From the IMG/VR virus record IMGVR_UViG_3300025030_000069: a DNA stretch of 27,499 nucleotides; one strand, given 5' to 3'. Source of the DNA: an uncultured virus (IMG/VR IMGVR_UViG_3300025030_000069) (Duplodnaviria; Heunggongvirae; Uroviricota; Caudoviricetes; Crassvirales). The stretch's first letter is position 1. Every line of letters starts with the position of its first letter. Below the pieces are notes generated by a model. That model was not told the DNA's origin, did not search any database, and was given only the letters and a program-made list of their open reading frames with translations. Positions 1-8,534 of the stretch are shown here, piece by piece. A program made the position numbers and the translations under genes.

Positions 1-1
1 A

Positions 2-3000
2 CTCGACTATATAGAAAATATAAAATTTATTCAAAATTTAACTTCTATTAATAGACCTCATCTTATAGATACTCCAAAAGATGAAACTGGAAAAGTAATA
101 GTTGATTTAGTTAATCCACACAGATTAACTGATATGGATTACTTTAGGCAACCTGCTATTTATTTTGAAAGACATAATTGTTATACTAAAATTCCACCTA
201 ATAAAAATCCTCAATCTGAATATGCTAAATTTTGGAGAGAAGAAAAAAGAAGATGGGCAGAAGGATTAACAAGACCTGATGGAGAATGGATTCCTGGACC
301 ATATTATTTCTATCTTAACTATTCTCCTATATGGAGAGTGGATATGAATGAAGAAGATGTTAAAAAAGGTAAAAAGATTGCAAAAAGAATTAAAAATTTC
401 GGAGATGTATATTTAGGTGATTATCTATTCTTTCATTATCTTCATCAAGCTCATAATGGAGGTAAGTATAATAACTTTCAAGGAGGTAGTCACGCAAAAC
501 TTTTGAAGACAAGAGGTTGCGGATTTTCTTTCAAGATGGGGGCTATTTCTCCTTGTACTATGTATGTAGAAGAAGGACTTCCATGTTTTCATATAGCATC
601 TGATAAATCATTTTTATTGGGAGAAAAAGGAGTATATGGCAAAGTAGTAGATACTCTTGATTGGATAGCAGAAAATACACCATTTTCTAAATTAAGAATT
701 ATAGATACTCCTTTAGAAAAACAATTAGGATATAAAGATGAATATGGTATTAAACAAGGTTTAAAATCTACTGTATTTGGAATATCAATTAAAGATGATC
801 CTGATAAAGCCAGAGGAGCAAGAGGACCACTTATTCATTATGAAGAAGATGGAGTAATGCCTAATTTGGAAAATGCCTGGAACGTAAATAGAGCAGCAGT
901 TGAAGCAGGAGGTATTGTATTTGGATTAATGATTGCAGGTGGATGTGTTTGTGCAGGAACTAAAGTATGGAATAACAATGGAGATTTAATAAATATAGAA
1001 AATTTAAAACAAGAAGAAGGTATTTTAGGATTCGATGGAGAAAAAGTATCAAAAGAAAATATTTCTTATTGGCAAGAATCAAAAGATAAACCTTGTTATA
1101 AAATCACAACTAATACTTTTAGAACTTTAGAATGTAGTGAAGATCATCCTATTTTATGGAGTAAATTAGCTTTAAATTATACTCCAAGAATGAAAGATTC
1201 TGACGGAAAATATTTAGAAAAAAGAGTAATTACAAAAAAAGTTATTTTTAAACAAACTAAAGATATAAAAATAGGAGAACAAATAGCAATTATTGATGAA
1301 GTAAATATATTTGGAAATAAAAAAATGTGGGAACCACGAGTAGTAGGATGGTTAATTGGAGATGGTTCTTATGGTAAAGATAAAACTCCTGTATTATCTA
1401 ATTGTGAAATTGAAATTAATAATTACATTGAAAATAATTTAAATACTGTAATTGAAAAACAATATATTACAAAATCAGATAATACTAAATTATATAAAGA
1501 AACACGGATCAAAGATATTTGTCCCAAGCTAAGAGAATTGGGTATTTATGGGCAAACAAAATTAAAAAAAACTCTTCCATTAAATATTCATTCTTATTTA
1601 AAAGAAGATTTGCAAAATTTTATAGGAGGACTTTATGATACTGATGGACATATTTCAAAAGAAGGAAAAATAAGTTTATCTTCAATGTCTTTAACTCTAT
1701 TACAAGAAGTTCAACTTCTTTTGCAAAAATTTGGAATTCATAGTAATATTAATAGGCATAAGAAAAATATAAACAATCCTAAAGATAAAAATGATTATTT
1801 TGTTCTTGAAATTTCAAGGAAAAACAGTGTATTAAATTTCGTAAAAAATATAACATTATTTCCAAAAGAAAAACAAAAAAGATTAAATACATTTAATAAT
1901 TTATATTTAAATAGAAAAGATAGTCATAGCTTAAAAATAAAAGGAATTAATTTTGAAAGAGTAACAAATATTGAATATATTGGAATTAAACCAGTTTATA
2001 ATCTTACTGCAAATAATACAAACACTTATATTGCAAATGGAATAGTTACTCACAATACAGGAGGTACTCAAGGTGCTGATTTTGAAGGTTCTGAAAAATT
2101 ATTTTATAATCCTGATGGTTATAATATATATGGTATTCCTAATGTATTTGATAGAAACGCAGATGGCTCATCTAAATGTGGATTCTTTTGGGGGGCATAT
2201 TTAAATAGAGAAAGATGTTACGATAAAAATGGAGAACCTGATGTTATAAAAGCTCTTGTAGAGATTATAACTGATAGAAAGAAAATTGCTGATAAAGCAA
2301 AAGACCCAATAGCATATACTCAAAGAAAAGCAGAATTTCCCATCACACCTCAAGATGCAGTAATGAAGGTAGATGGAACCTTATTTCCAGTGGCTGATAT
2401 TAAAGATTATATTGCAATAATCCTTCCCTCCTTTGACAAGTTTGTGTCAGGCCACTGGGTTGGAGATTTAATATCTGATTCACAATCAGGAGAAGTTAAA
2501 TGGAAACTCAATTCAGAGATTTATCCTAATAGAGACTATCCTATTAAAGATAATAAGAAAGAAGGAGCAATAGAAATATTTGAGATGCCTATTAAAGACA
2601 GTACAGGTAAAACACCAAGTAATCTTTACATAGCAGGATGTTTAACTCCTGGAGAAAAAGTCATAACAGACAGAGGATTAAAAAATGTAGAAGAAGTATC
2701 TTATTTAGATTTATTATTAAATGAAAATGGAGAATATGTTCATATAGATAAGTTATTAAACTACAATGTAATTAATGAAGATACTTACAATTTAAAAATT
2801 TCTAATACATTAAGAACTACTAATTTTACTAAAGAACATCCTATTTTAGTAAGTAAAAATAAAGATGGTTTTATATCATATCCTAAATGTAAAAGATTAG
2901 GTATTCCTCAAAGATATAAAAAATTTGATTTTATTTACACTAAAGTAGAAGATGTAAAAATAGGAGATTGGATTAAAGTTCCTAATATATATAAAAAACC

Positions 3001-4537
3001 AAATACTTTTGATATTAGCACTTTGTGGAATGACAATGTTTATAGAGTAGATAGACAAATAGAAAATCCTATAAACAATCTTGATTTTTGGTGGTTTGTA
3101 GGAGTATGGTTAGGAGATGGTTGGTGTGAAAGTGATGGGTATAAAATATCAGTTTCTTTTAATGCTAAAGAAACATATTACATAGAAAAAATTAATGATG
3201 TTGTTACTAATCTTTTTAAAAGAGAAATTACTTTTTGTGAAAATGAAGAAAATACTTGTTTGACATTAACCTTTTGTTTTCAACAACTATCTACTTTTTT
3301 AACATATCATTTTGGTAAATATGCTATAGGTAAACGTATTCCCGAATGGGTTAAACATATTCAAAATGGACTTAAAAGAGAATTAATAAAAGGGTACTTA
3401 AATTCCGATGGATGTATTACACAAGATAAAAAAGGATATTTTTCTACAGAATTTGTAAGTATAAATTTAGAGTTGTTAGAATCCATACAAGATATGTTAT
3501 TTGCTTTAGGGTATATTTCAAGTATTACTAAACTAAGAAATGCTTGTTTTTCTAATAATTTTAAAAATAAAATAAGTAATATAAAAGAAACATATCATCT
3601 TAGAATCAGTCATAATGACTCAATATTTTTTGCTACTACTATATATGATATAAATGATCCAAAAATATCTAAAATAGATTTAAATAATTTAAAAATAATT
3701 ACAAAACATCCAAAAATAGGATGTATTATAGACAATTCTTTAGATTATATTTACTTTAAAGTAGAAAACATTAAAAAAGATATTTATACAGGAGTAGTTT
3801 ATAATTTTGAATGTAATACACATACTTTTATGTGTCATCATATAACAACGCACAATTGCGATCCAGTTGACGATGATGAATCTCAGACTTCATCAATGTT
3901 TTCAATTTTTATATTAAATTTACTAACAGATAGAATAGTAGCAGAATATACAGGTAGAAGTTTTGATGCTACAGAGGCTTATGAAAAAGCAAGAAAAATG
4001 TTACTGTTTTATAATGCTCGTTGTATGTATGAGAATGATAAAAAAGGTCTTTATTCTTATTTCTTATTAAAAAATTGTCTTCATCTATTAGCAGATAATC
4101 CAGAATCTATGAAAGATTTAGATATTACTGCAACTACCTATAGTACAGGCAACAAATCGAAAGGCGTAAACAGCAGCAAAAAACTCAACGCATTTGGTAG
4201 AAGATTACAAGTAAGCTGGATGATGCACGATGCTTATAATGTAAATGCTGATGCTTCTCCTTTACTTAACTTACATAAGATAAGAAGTCTTGGTTACTTA
4301 CGTGAAGCAGCAGCATGGAATCCTGATGGTAACTTTGACAGAATAAGTGCCCTTGGAATGTTAATGATACTTAGGGCAGAAAGAGAAAGATTTCAGTTAA
4401 ACTTAGAAACTCCAAAGGATGATTTCACTCAAAATGCGTTTTGGGATAGAGCATTTAAGAAAAAACATGACAAAATTGGCTATGAAATGGCTCAAATAAA
4501 TTCAAAAAATGAACTAACTAACCTAAACACTTGGTAA
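2..4537 (+). CDS. terL: Terminase large subunit (crAss-like), 5'-partial, with two inteins
   Basis: Frame is open from base 2 (LDYIENIKFIQNLTSINRPHLIDTPKDETGKVIVDLVNPHRLTD precedes ATG 134), so the real start is upstream of the window. Walker A-like KTRGCGFS, Walker B-like LIHYEE, GTGG motif restored after intein 1 removal, nuclease motifs YIAG/CDP, MYENDKKG and GNFDRISA; directly upstream of the portal. 734 aa of extein are visible. Confidence 0.95.
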   Translation, partial: LDYIENIKFIQNLTSINRPHLIDTPKDETGKVIVDLVNPHRLTDMDYFRQPAIYFERHNCYTKIPPNKNPQSEYAKFWREEKRRWAEGLTRPDGEWIPGPYYFYLNYSPIWRVDMNEEDVKKGKKIAKRIKNFGDVYLGDYLFFHYLHQAHNGGKYNNFQGGSHAKLLKTRGCGFSFKMGAISPCTMYVEEGLPCFHIASDKSFLLGEKGVYGKVVDTLDWIAENTPFSKLRIIDTPLEKQLGYKDEYGIKQGLKSTVFGISIKDDPDKARGARGPLIHYEEDGVMPNLENAWNVNRAAVEAGGIVFGLMIAGGCVCAGTKVWNNNGDLINIENLKQEEGILGFDGEKVSKENISYWQESKDKPCYKITTNTFRTLECSEDHPILWSKLALNYTPRMKDSDGKYLEKRVITKKVIFKQTKDIKIGEQIAIIDEVNIFGNKKMWEPRVVGWLIGDGSYGKDKTPVLSNCEIEINNYIENNLNTVIEKQYITKSDNTKLYKETRIKDICPKLRELGIYGQTKLKKTLPLNIHSYLKEDLQNFIGGLYDTDGHISKEGKISLSSMSLTLLQEVQLLLQKFGIHSNINRHKKNINNPKDKNDYFVLEISRKNSVLNFVKNITLFPKEKQKRLNTFNNLYLNRKDSHSLKIKGINFERVTNIEYIGIKPVYNLTANNTNTYIANGIVTHNTGGTQGADFEGSEKLFYNPDGYNIYGIPNVFDRNADGSSKCGFFWGAYLNRERCYDKNGEPDVIKALVEIITDRKKIADKAKDPIAYTQRKAEFPITPQDAVMKVDGTLFPVADIKDYIAIILPSFDKFVSGHWVGDLISDSQSGEVKWKLNSEIYPNRDYPIKDNKKEGAIEIFEMPIKDSTGKTPSNLYIAGCLTPGEKVITDRGLKNVEEVSYLDLLLNENGEYVHIDKLLNYNVINEDTYNLKISNTLRTTNFTKEHPILVSKNKDGFISYPKCKRLGIPQRYKKFDFIYTKVEDVKIGDWIKVPNIYKKPNTFDISTLWNDNVYRVDRQIENPINNLDFWWFVGVWLGDGWCESDGYKISVSFNAKETYYIEKINDVVTNLFKREITFCENEENTCLTLTFCFQQLSTFLTYHFGKYAIGKRIPEWVKHIQNGLKRELIKGYLNSDGCITQDKKGYFSTEFVSINLELLESIQDMLFALGYISSITKLRNACFSNNFKNKISNIKETYHLRISHNDSIFFATTIYDINDPKISKIDLNNLKIITKHPKIGCIIDNSLDYIYFKVENIKKDIYTGVVYNFECNTHTFMCHHITTHNCDPVDDDESQTSSMFSIFILNLLTDRIVAEYTGRSFDATEAYEKARKMLLFYNARCMYENDKKGLYSYFLLKNCLHLLADNPESMKDLDITATTYSTGNKSKGVNSSKKLNAFGRRLQVSWMMHDAYNVNADASPLLNLHKIRSLGYLREAAAWNPDGNFDRISALGMLMILRAERERFQLNLETPKDDFTQNAFWDRAFKKKHDKIGYEMAQINSKNELTNLNTW
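944..2056 (+). mobile_element. Intein 1 (371 aa) with LAGLIDADG homing endonuclease, in the terminase ATPase domain
   Basis: Starts CVCAGTKV, block B LECSEDHPI, LAGLIDADG motifs VVGWLIGDG and FIGGLYDTDG, ends VYNLTA...GIVTHN followed by Thr(+1); removal gives MIAGG|TGGTQG. Confidence 0.95.
2639..3856 (+). mobile_element. Intein 2 (406 aa) with LAGLIDADG homing endonuclease, in the terminase nuclease domain
   Basis: Starts CLTPGEKV, block B TNFTKEHPI, motifs FVGVWLGDG and LIKGYLNSDG, ends VYNFEC...HITTHN followed by Cys(+1); removal gives YIAG|CDPVDDD. Confidence 0.95.
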
Positions 4538-4542
4538 TTTTG
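4464..4542 (+). promoter_or_regulatory. Candidate late promoter copy 1: 22-bp box (4468-4489) plus TAATTTTG -7 box (4535-4542) upstream of portal
   Basis: TGACAAAATTGGCTATGAAATG is repeated exactly at 7254-7275; TAATTTTG fits the Bacteroidota TAnnTTTG consensus, 45 bp downstream. Confidence 0.65.
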
Positions 4543-4569
4543 CATAAATTCCACTAATTTTATATTTTT

Positions 4570-7236
4570 ATGAATACATTAGGTTCTAAAGTATTTCCTC
4601 CACAAAAACTATCCGCTAAAGATAAAACAGAAAAGTGGGCAATACGTTGTTTAGAAGCAGGAGAAGATCTTGCTTTATTTAGTTCTAACTCTATCAGAGA
4701 GAGCTATGAAAATAAAGTGGCTAATTATAATTTAGCTAATGATATTCTTAACACTAAAGATATACAGAAAGTAGTTAATCCAATGGGAATTCAAGGAGGA
4801 GAGTTTCCCGCTAAAATGCAGAATTATCCTATTATTAATCCAAAGATAGATTTATTAGTGGGTGAAGAAAGAAAACGAAGATTTGATTGGACAGTCAGAG
4901 TTATTAATGAAGATGCAATCAGTCAAAAAGAAGATCAAAAGAAACAGGAAATATTTCAATTAGCACAACAATTCATTCAATCAGAGGCAATGAGTGAAGA
5001 AGATTTAAATGAAAAATTAAAGAAACTTCAAAAATATCACCTCTATGAATTTCAAGATCTCAAAGAACGAACTGCAAATCACCTTCTTAATTACTTGTTT
5101 AAGACTCTTAATCTTAAAGAAGAATTTAATAGAGGATTTGAAGATGCTCTTATTGCCGGGGAAGAAATATATTGTACGGATATTGTGGCAGGTGAACCTA
5201 TACTTAGAAAAGTTAATCCTCTTAATATTTTTACTGTTAGGTCAGGTGAATCCCCTTGGATAGAAGATTCAGATATTATAGTAGAAGATACTTATGTAAC
5301 TCCGGGTTCTATCATTGATGAGTATCATGATGTACTTACTGACAAACAAGTACAACAAATAGATATAGGACTTACTTCCGATGAATCAGAAGGATTTATT
5401 AATATAGGAAGTAAAGAACCTTCATTTATTTCAAGTGACGGACTTATAGATATAGGAAATGCTGAATCTGCTAATAATAGATTGAGAGGAGAATACTTTG
5501 ATGGAGAAGGTAATATAAGAAAAACAAGAATTCTTTGGAAATCATGGAAAAAAATTGGGTTTCTTACATATCCTGATGAAAATGGAATGCCGCAGGAAAC
5601 TGTAGTTTCAGAAACATATAAAGTAAATAAAGAATTAGGAGAAGAAATTAAATGGGAATGGATAAGAGAATGGTGGGAAACTACAAGATTAGGAAAAAGT
5701 ATTTATGTTAAAATGCAACCCAGGCCTATTCAATTTAGGTCAATGGCTAATCTATCTAAATGTAATCCAGGATATACAGGATTAGCATATAATATTAACT
5801 CCAGCAGGGCTAAAAGTCTAATGGATAAGATGAAACCTTATCAATATCTGTATAATGTATTCATGTACAGATTGGAATTAGCATTTGCTAAGAACAAAGG
5901 TAAAATAGCAGTACTGGATGTTAGTCAATGTCCTGACCACTGGACTCCTGAAAAATGGATGTACTATTTCAATGTATTAGGATTCTATGTAAAAGATTCC
6001 TTTAAAGAAGCGAATAAAGGTGCTGCTCAAGGTAAACTTGCAGGACAAATGCAACAGAACAATCAAGTTTTGGATCTTGAAACAGGTAATTTTATTCAAC
6101 AACAAATAATGATGTTGCAGTTCTTAGAACAACAGGTTGGACAGATTTCAGGTATATCAGCTCAAAGACAAGGACAAATTGAGAATAGAGAATTGGTAGG
6201 TAATGTAGAAAGAGCGGTTACACAATCAAGTCACATTACTGAAAAATGGTTTGGACTTCATAGTAATGTTAAAGTTAAAGCACTTACACTACTTTTAGAA
6301 ACTGCTAAAGAAGCATACAAAGAACAGAAAGACAAAAGATTTCAATATGTACTTGATGATATGAGTACATATACTTTATCAATGGATGGATCTGAATTCA
6401 GAGATGCTGACTATGGTATTATAGTAACCGATGGTTCTACTGATGAAGAATTAAGAGGTACACTTAAACAACTTGCTCAAGCAGGCCTTCAGAATGATAA
6501 ACTTAACTTCAGTCAATTAATTGATATTTATATGACACCTTCAATGGCATCTATGAGAAGAAAATTAGAAACTGCTGAAGAAGAAAAATCTCAAATGATG
6601 CAAGATCAATTTCAACAACAACAGGAAATCGAACAAGCTAAGATTCAAGAGATGAAAGAGAATAGAGAAGATTTACAAGCACATGAACTTGAGAAACTTG
6701 ACAGGCAGTTTATCTATGATAAGGAACTTAAACAAATGGAGATTGATGCTAAGACGAATGAACAAATCATAGATCTTAATCATAATGGTGTAGATGATAG
6801 GCTTGAACAACAGAAGATAGAAAATGAAAGACGACTTAAAGAGAATAAGTTGGAACATGATAAGAATATAGACAGACAAGATATGTCTATGATTGAAAGA
6901 GAGAAAAATGAAAAACAAAGATTAGAAAAAGAGAAGTTAAATGTAGATAAAGAAAGTAAAGCTAAAGATTTACAATTAAAGAAAGAAAGTCAAATGAAAG
7001 ACTTACAAATGAAAAAAGAAAGTCAAGCTAAAATATTAAAATTACAAGCAGAGAAACAAGAGAAAGAATTGAAACTTAAAAAAGAATTATCTGCTAAAGA
7101 ATTTGAACTTAAAAAATTACAATTAGAAAAAGAGTTTGATCTTAAAAAAGAATTAGAAGAGAAAAAACTCAAACAACAATTAATTATAGAAAAGTATAAA
7201 GTAGATAATATGCCTAAACCAACAGTAAAAAAGTAA
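4570..7236 (+). CDS. Portal protein (crAss-like) with long C-terminal coiled-coil extension
   Basis: 888 aa between terminase and capsid genes; crAss-type portal motifs FPPQKL, NYPIINPKIDLLVGEE, PRPIQFR, SLMDKMKPYQYLY, QISGISAQRQGQI, ELVGNVERAVTQSSHITE. Confidence 0.9.
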   Translation: MNTLGSKVFPPQKLSAKDKTEKWAIRCLEAGEDLALFSSNSIRESYENKVANYNLANDILNTKDIQKVVNPMGIQGGEFPAKMQNYPIINPKIDLLVGEERKRRFDWTVRVINEDAISQKEDQKKQEIFQLAQQFIQSEAMSEEDLNEKLKKLQKYHLYEFQDLKERTANHLLNYLFKTLNLKEEFNRGFEDALIAGEEIYCTDIVAGEPILRKVNPLNIFTVRSGESPWIEDSDIIVEDTYVTPGSIIDEYHDVLTDKQVQQIDIGLTSDESEGFINIGSKEPSFISSDGLIDIGNAESANNRLRGEYFDGEGNIRKTRILWKSWKKIGFLTYPDENGMPQETVVSETYKVNKELGEEIKWEWIREWWETTRLGKSIYVKMQPRPIQFRSMANLSKCNPGYTGLAYNINSSRAKSLMDKMKPYQYLYNVFMYRLELAFAKNKGKIAVLDVSQCPDHWTPEKWMYYFNVLGFYVKDSFKEANKGAAQGKLAGQMQQNNQVLDLETGNFIQQQIMMLQFLEQQVGQISGISAQRQGQIENRELVGNVERAVTQSSHITEKWFGLHSNVKVKALTLLLETAKEAYKEQKDKRFQYVLDDMSTYTLSMDGSEFRDADYGIIVTDGSTDEELRGTLKQLAQAGLQNDKLNFSQLIDIYMTPSMASMRRKLETAEEEKSQMMQDQFQQQQEIEQAKIQEMKENREDLQAHELEKLDRQFIYDKELKQMEIDAKTNEQIIDLNHNGVDDRLEQQKIENERRLKENKLEHDKNIDRQDMSMIEREKNEKQRLEKEKLNVDKESKAKDLQLKKESQMKDLQMKKESQAKILKLQAEKQEKELKLKKELSAKEFELKKLQLEKEFDLKKELEEKKLKQQLIIEKYKVDNMPKPTVKK
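6949..7179 (+). repeat. About seven degenerate 33-bp (11-aa) tandem repeats in the portal C-terminus
   Basis: KESKAKDLQLK / KESQMKDLQMK / KESQAKILKLQ / AEKQEKELKLK / KELSAKEFELK / KLQLEKEFDLK / KELEEKKLKQQ; the first three units each begin aaagaaagt. Confidence 0.75.
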
Positions 7237-7249
7237 TTAAAATTGAAAC

Positions 7250-7329
7250 AACGTGACAAAATTGGCTATGAAATGAAGCAAATTTATCTAATAAAAGTTG
7301 TTAGATACTAATAAATAACAGTAATTTTG
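7250..7329 (+). promoter_or_regulatory. Candidate late promoter copy 2: 22-bp box (7254-7275) plus TAATTTTG -7 box (7322-7329) upstream of scaffold/capsid genes
   Basis: Intergenic exact copy of the 22-mer at 4468-4489, with TAATTTTG 46 bp downstream and 27 bp before ATG 7357 (copy 1 is also 27 bp before ATG 4570). Confidence 0.7.
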
Positions 7330-7356
7330 TAAATTAATTAAAAACTTAAAAAGCAA

Positions 7357-8499
7357 ATGGATAATTTATTTGATGTAACTTTTGATTCTATTTCAGATTC
7401 TGAAATTGAAATCAATGATTCTACTGAGGAGACAGTAGAAAAACAAAACTCACAAAAAATACAAAATAAAAAAGAAGAAAATAAAGAAGAAACTAAAGAA
7501 GAAGATGCTTCTTTAATTGATTTGTCTGATGAATCAGAAAATAAGATAAAGCAAGTTACTTCCAAAGAGCATTCTGTCTCTAAAGATTCCCCTGGTAGTG
7601 AAGGAGATTCTTCTCCAATAACTCCATTTGCCTCTCTTCTTCATGAAAGGGGATTTCTTCCAAATTTAGATATGGAAGAATTTAAAAAATCTGAAGATCC
7701 AATTGAAGCTCTTGCTGAAGCTTTTAAAAAGGAAGATGAATTACGAATGGATGCTTTAATTAATCAATTTCCTGAAGAGTTAATTGATTTAGCAAAAGCA
7801 GTAAAAGAAGGAGTACCTTTTGAAGACTTGAAAAAAGCTAAAATTAAAGAGTTGAATTATAATTCAATTACTGAAGAACAACTTAATGACGAAGCTACAC
7901 AAATCAAACTTATTACTGAACTATTAACTATTAAAGGTTTTAAAGATGTAAAAATCACTAAAATGATTGATACATATAAAGACTTAGGTTCATTATCTGA
8001 AGAAGCTGCTGATGCTCTTCCTGAACTTAAAGAAATGGTTAAGAAACAACAAGAATATACTAAACAACAATTTGCTGAACAACAAAAGCAACTTGAAGCA
8101 AAACATAAAGAACAAATCCAAGGTATTCAAAATATTGTCAAACAAACAGAAGAAATTGTACCTGGACTTAAACTAACTGATACTGAAAAAGCGGAATTGT
8201 TTAAGAATATGACACAAATAGTAGGACAAGACAACCAAGGAAATCCAATGAATCTGGTTATGCAAATGAGAAGTAAAGACCCTGTCAAATTTGATATGGC
8301 AGTTACTTATTTAGCTAAAACTACTAAAGGATTTACTGACTGGTCCAGAATTAGTAAAACTGCTAAAACATCAGCAGTTAAAGATTTTGAGAAAGCTCTT
8401 CAATCTACTACTGTTAAAACAGGACAATCAAGAAAAACATTTACAGATGATTCTACAGATGATGCAGTGAATTCTCTGAAAAAACTTTTTAAACTTTAA
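7357..8499 (+). CDS. Probable capsid scaffolding/assembly protein
   Basis: 380 aa, very acidic low-complexity N-terminus then helical charged region; sits between portal and major capsid protein as in crAss-like phages. Function inferred from position and composition. Confidence 0.6.
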   Translation: MDNLFDVTFDSISDSEIEINDSTEETVEKQNSQKIQNKKEENKEETKEEDASLIDLSDESENKIKQVTSKEHSVSKDSPGSEGDSSPITPFASLLHERGFLPNLDMEEFKKSEDPIEALAEAFKKEDELRMDALINQFPEELIDLAKAVKEGVPFEDLKKAKIKELNYNSITEEQLNDEATQIKLITELLTIKGFKDVKITKMIDTYKDLGSLSEEAADALPELKEMVKKQQEYTKQQFAEQQKQLEAKHKEQIQGIQNIVKQTEEIVPGLKLTDTEKAELFKNMTQIVGQDNQGNPMNLVMQMRSKDPVKFDMAVTYLAKTTKGFTDWSRISKTAKTSAVKDFEKALQSTTVKTGQSRKTFTDDSTDDAVNSLKKLFKL

Positions 8500-8534
8500 T
8501 ACTAATCAATTAATTAACACTAAATTTCGTAAAT

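Noticed and set aside
134..136. ATG 134 as the terminase start
   Set aside because: The frame is open from base 2 with terminase-like sequence; the start lies upstream of the window.
6949..7179. CRISPR-like array from the 33-bp or DWENR repeats
   Set aside because: Repeats are degenerate, in frame, protein-coding and lack unique spacers.
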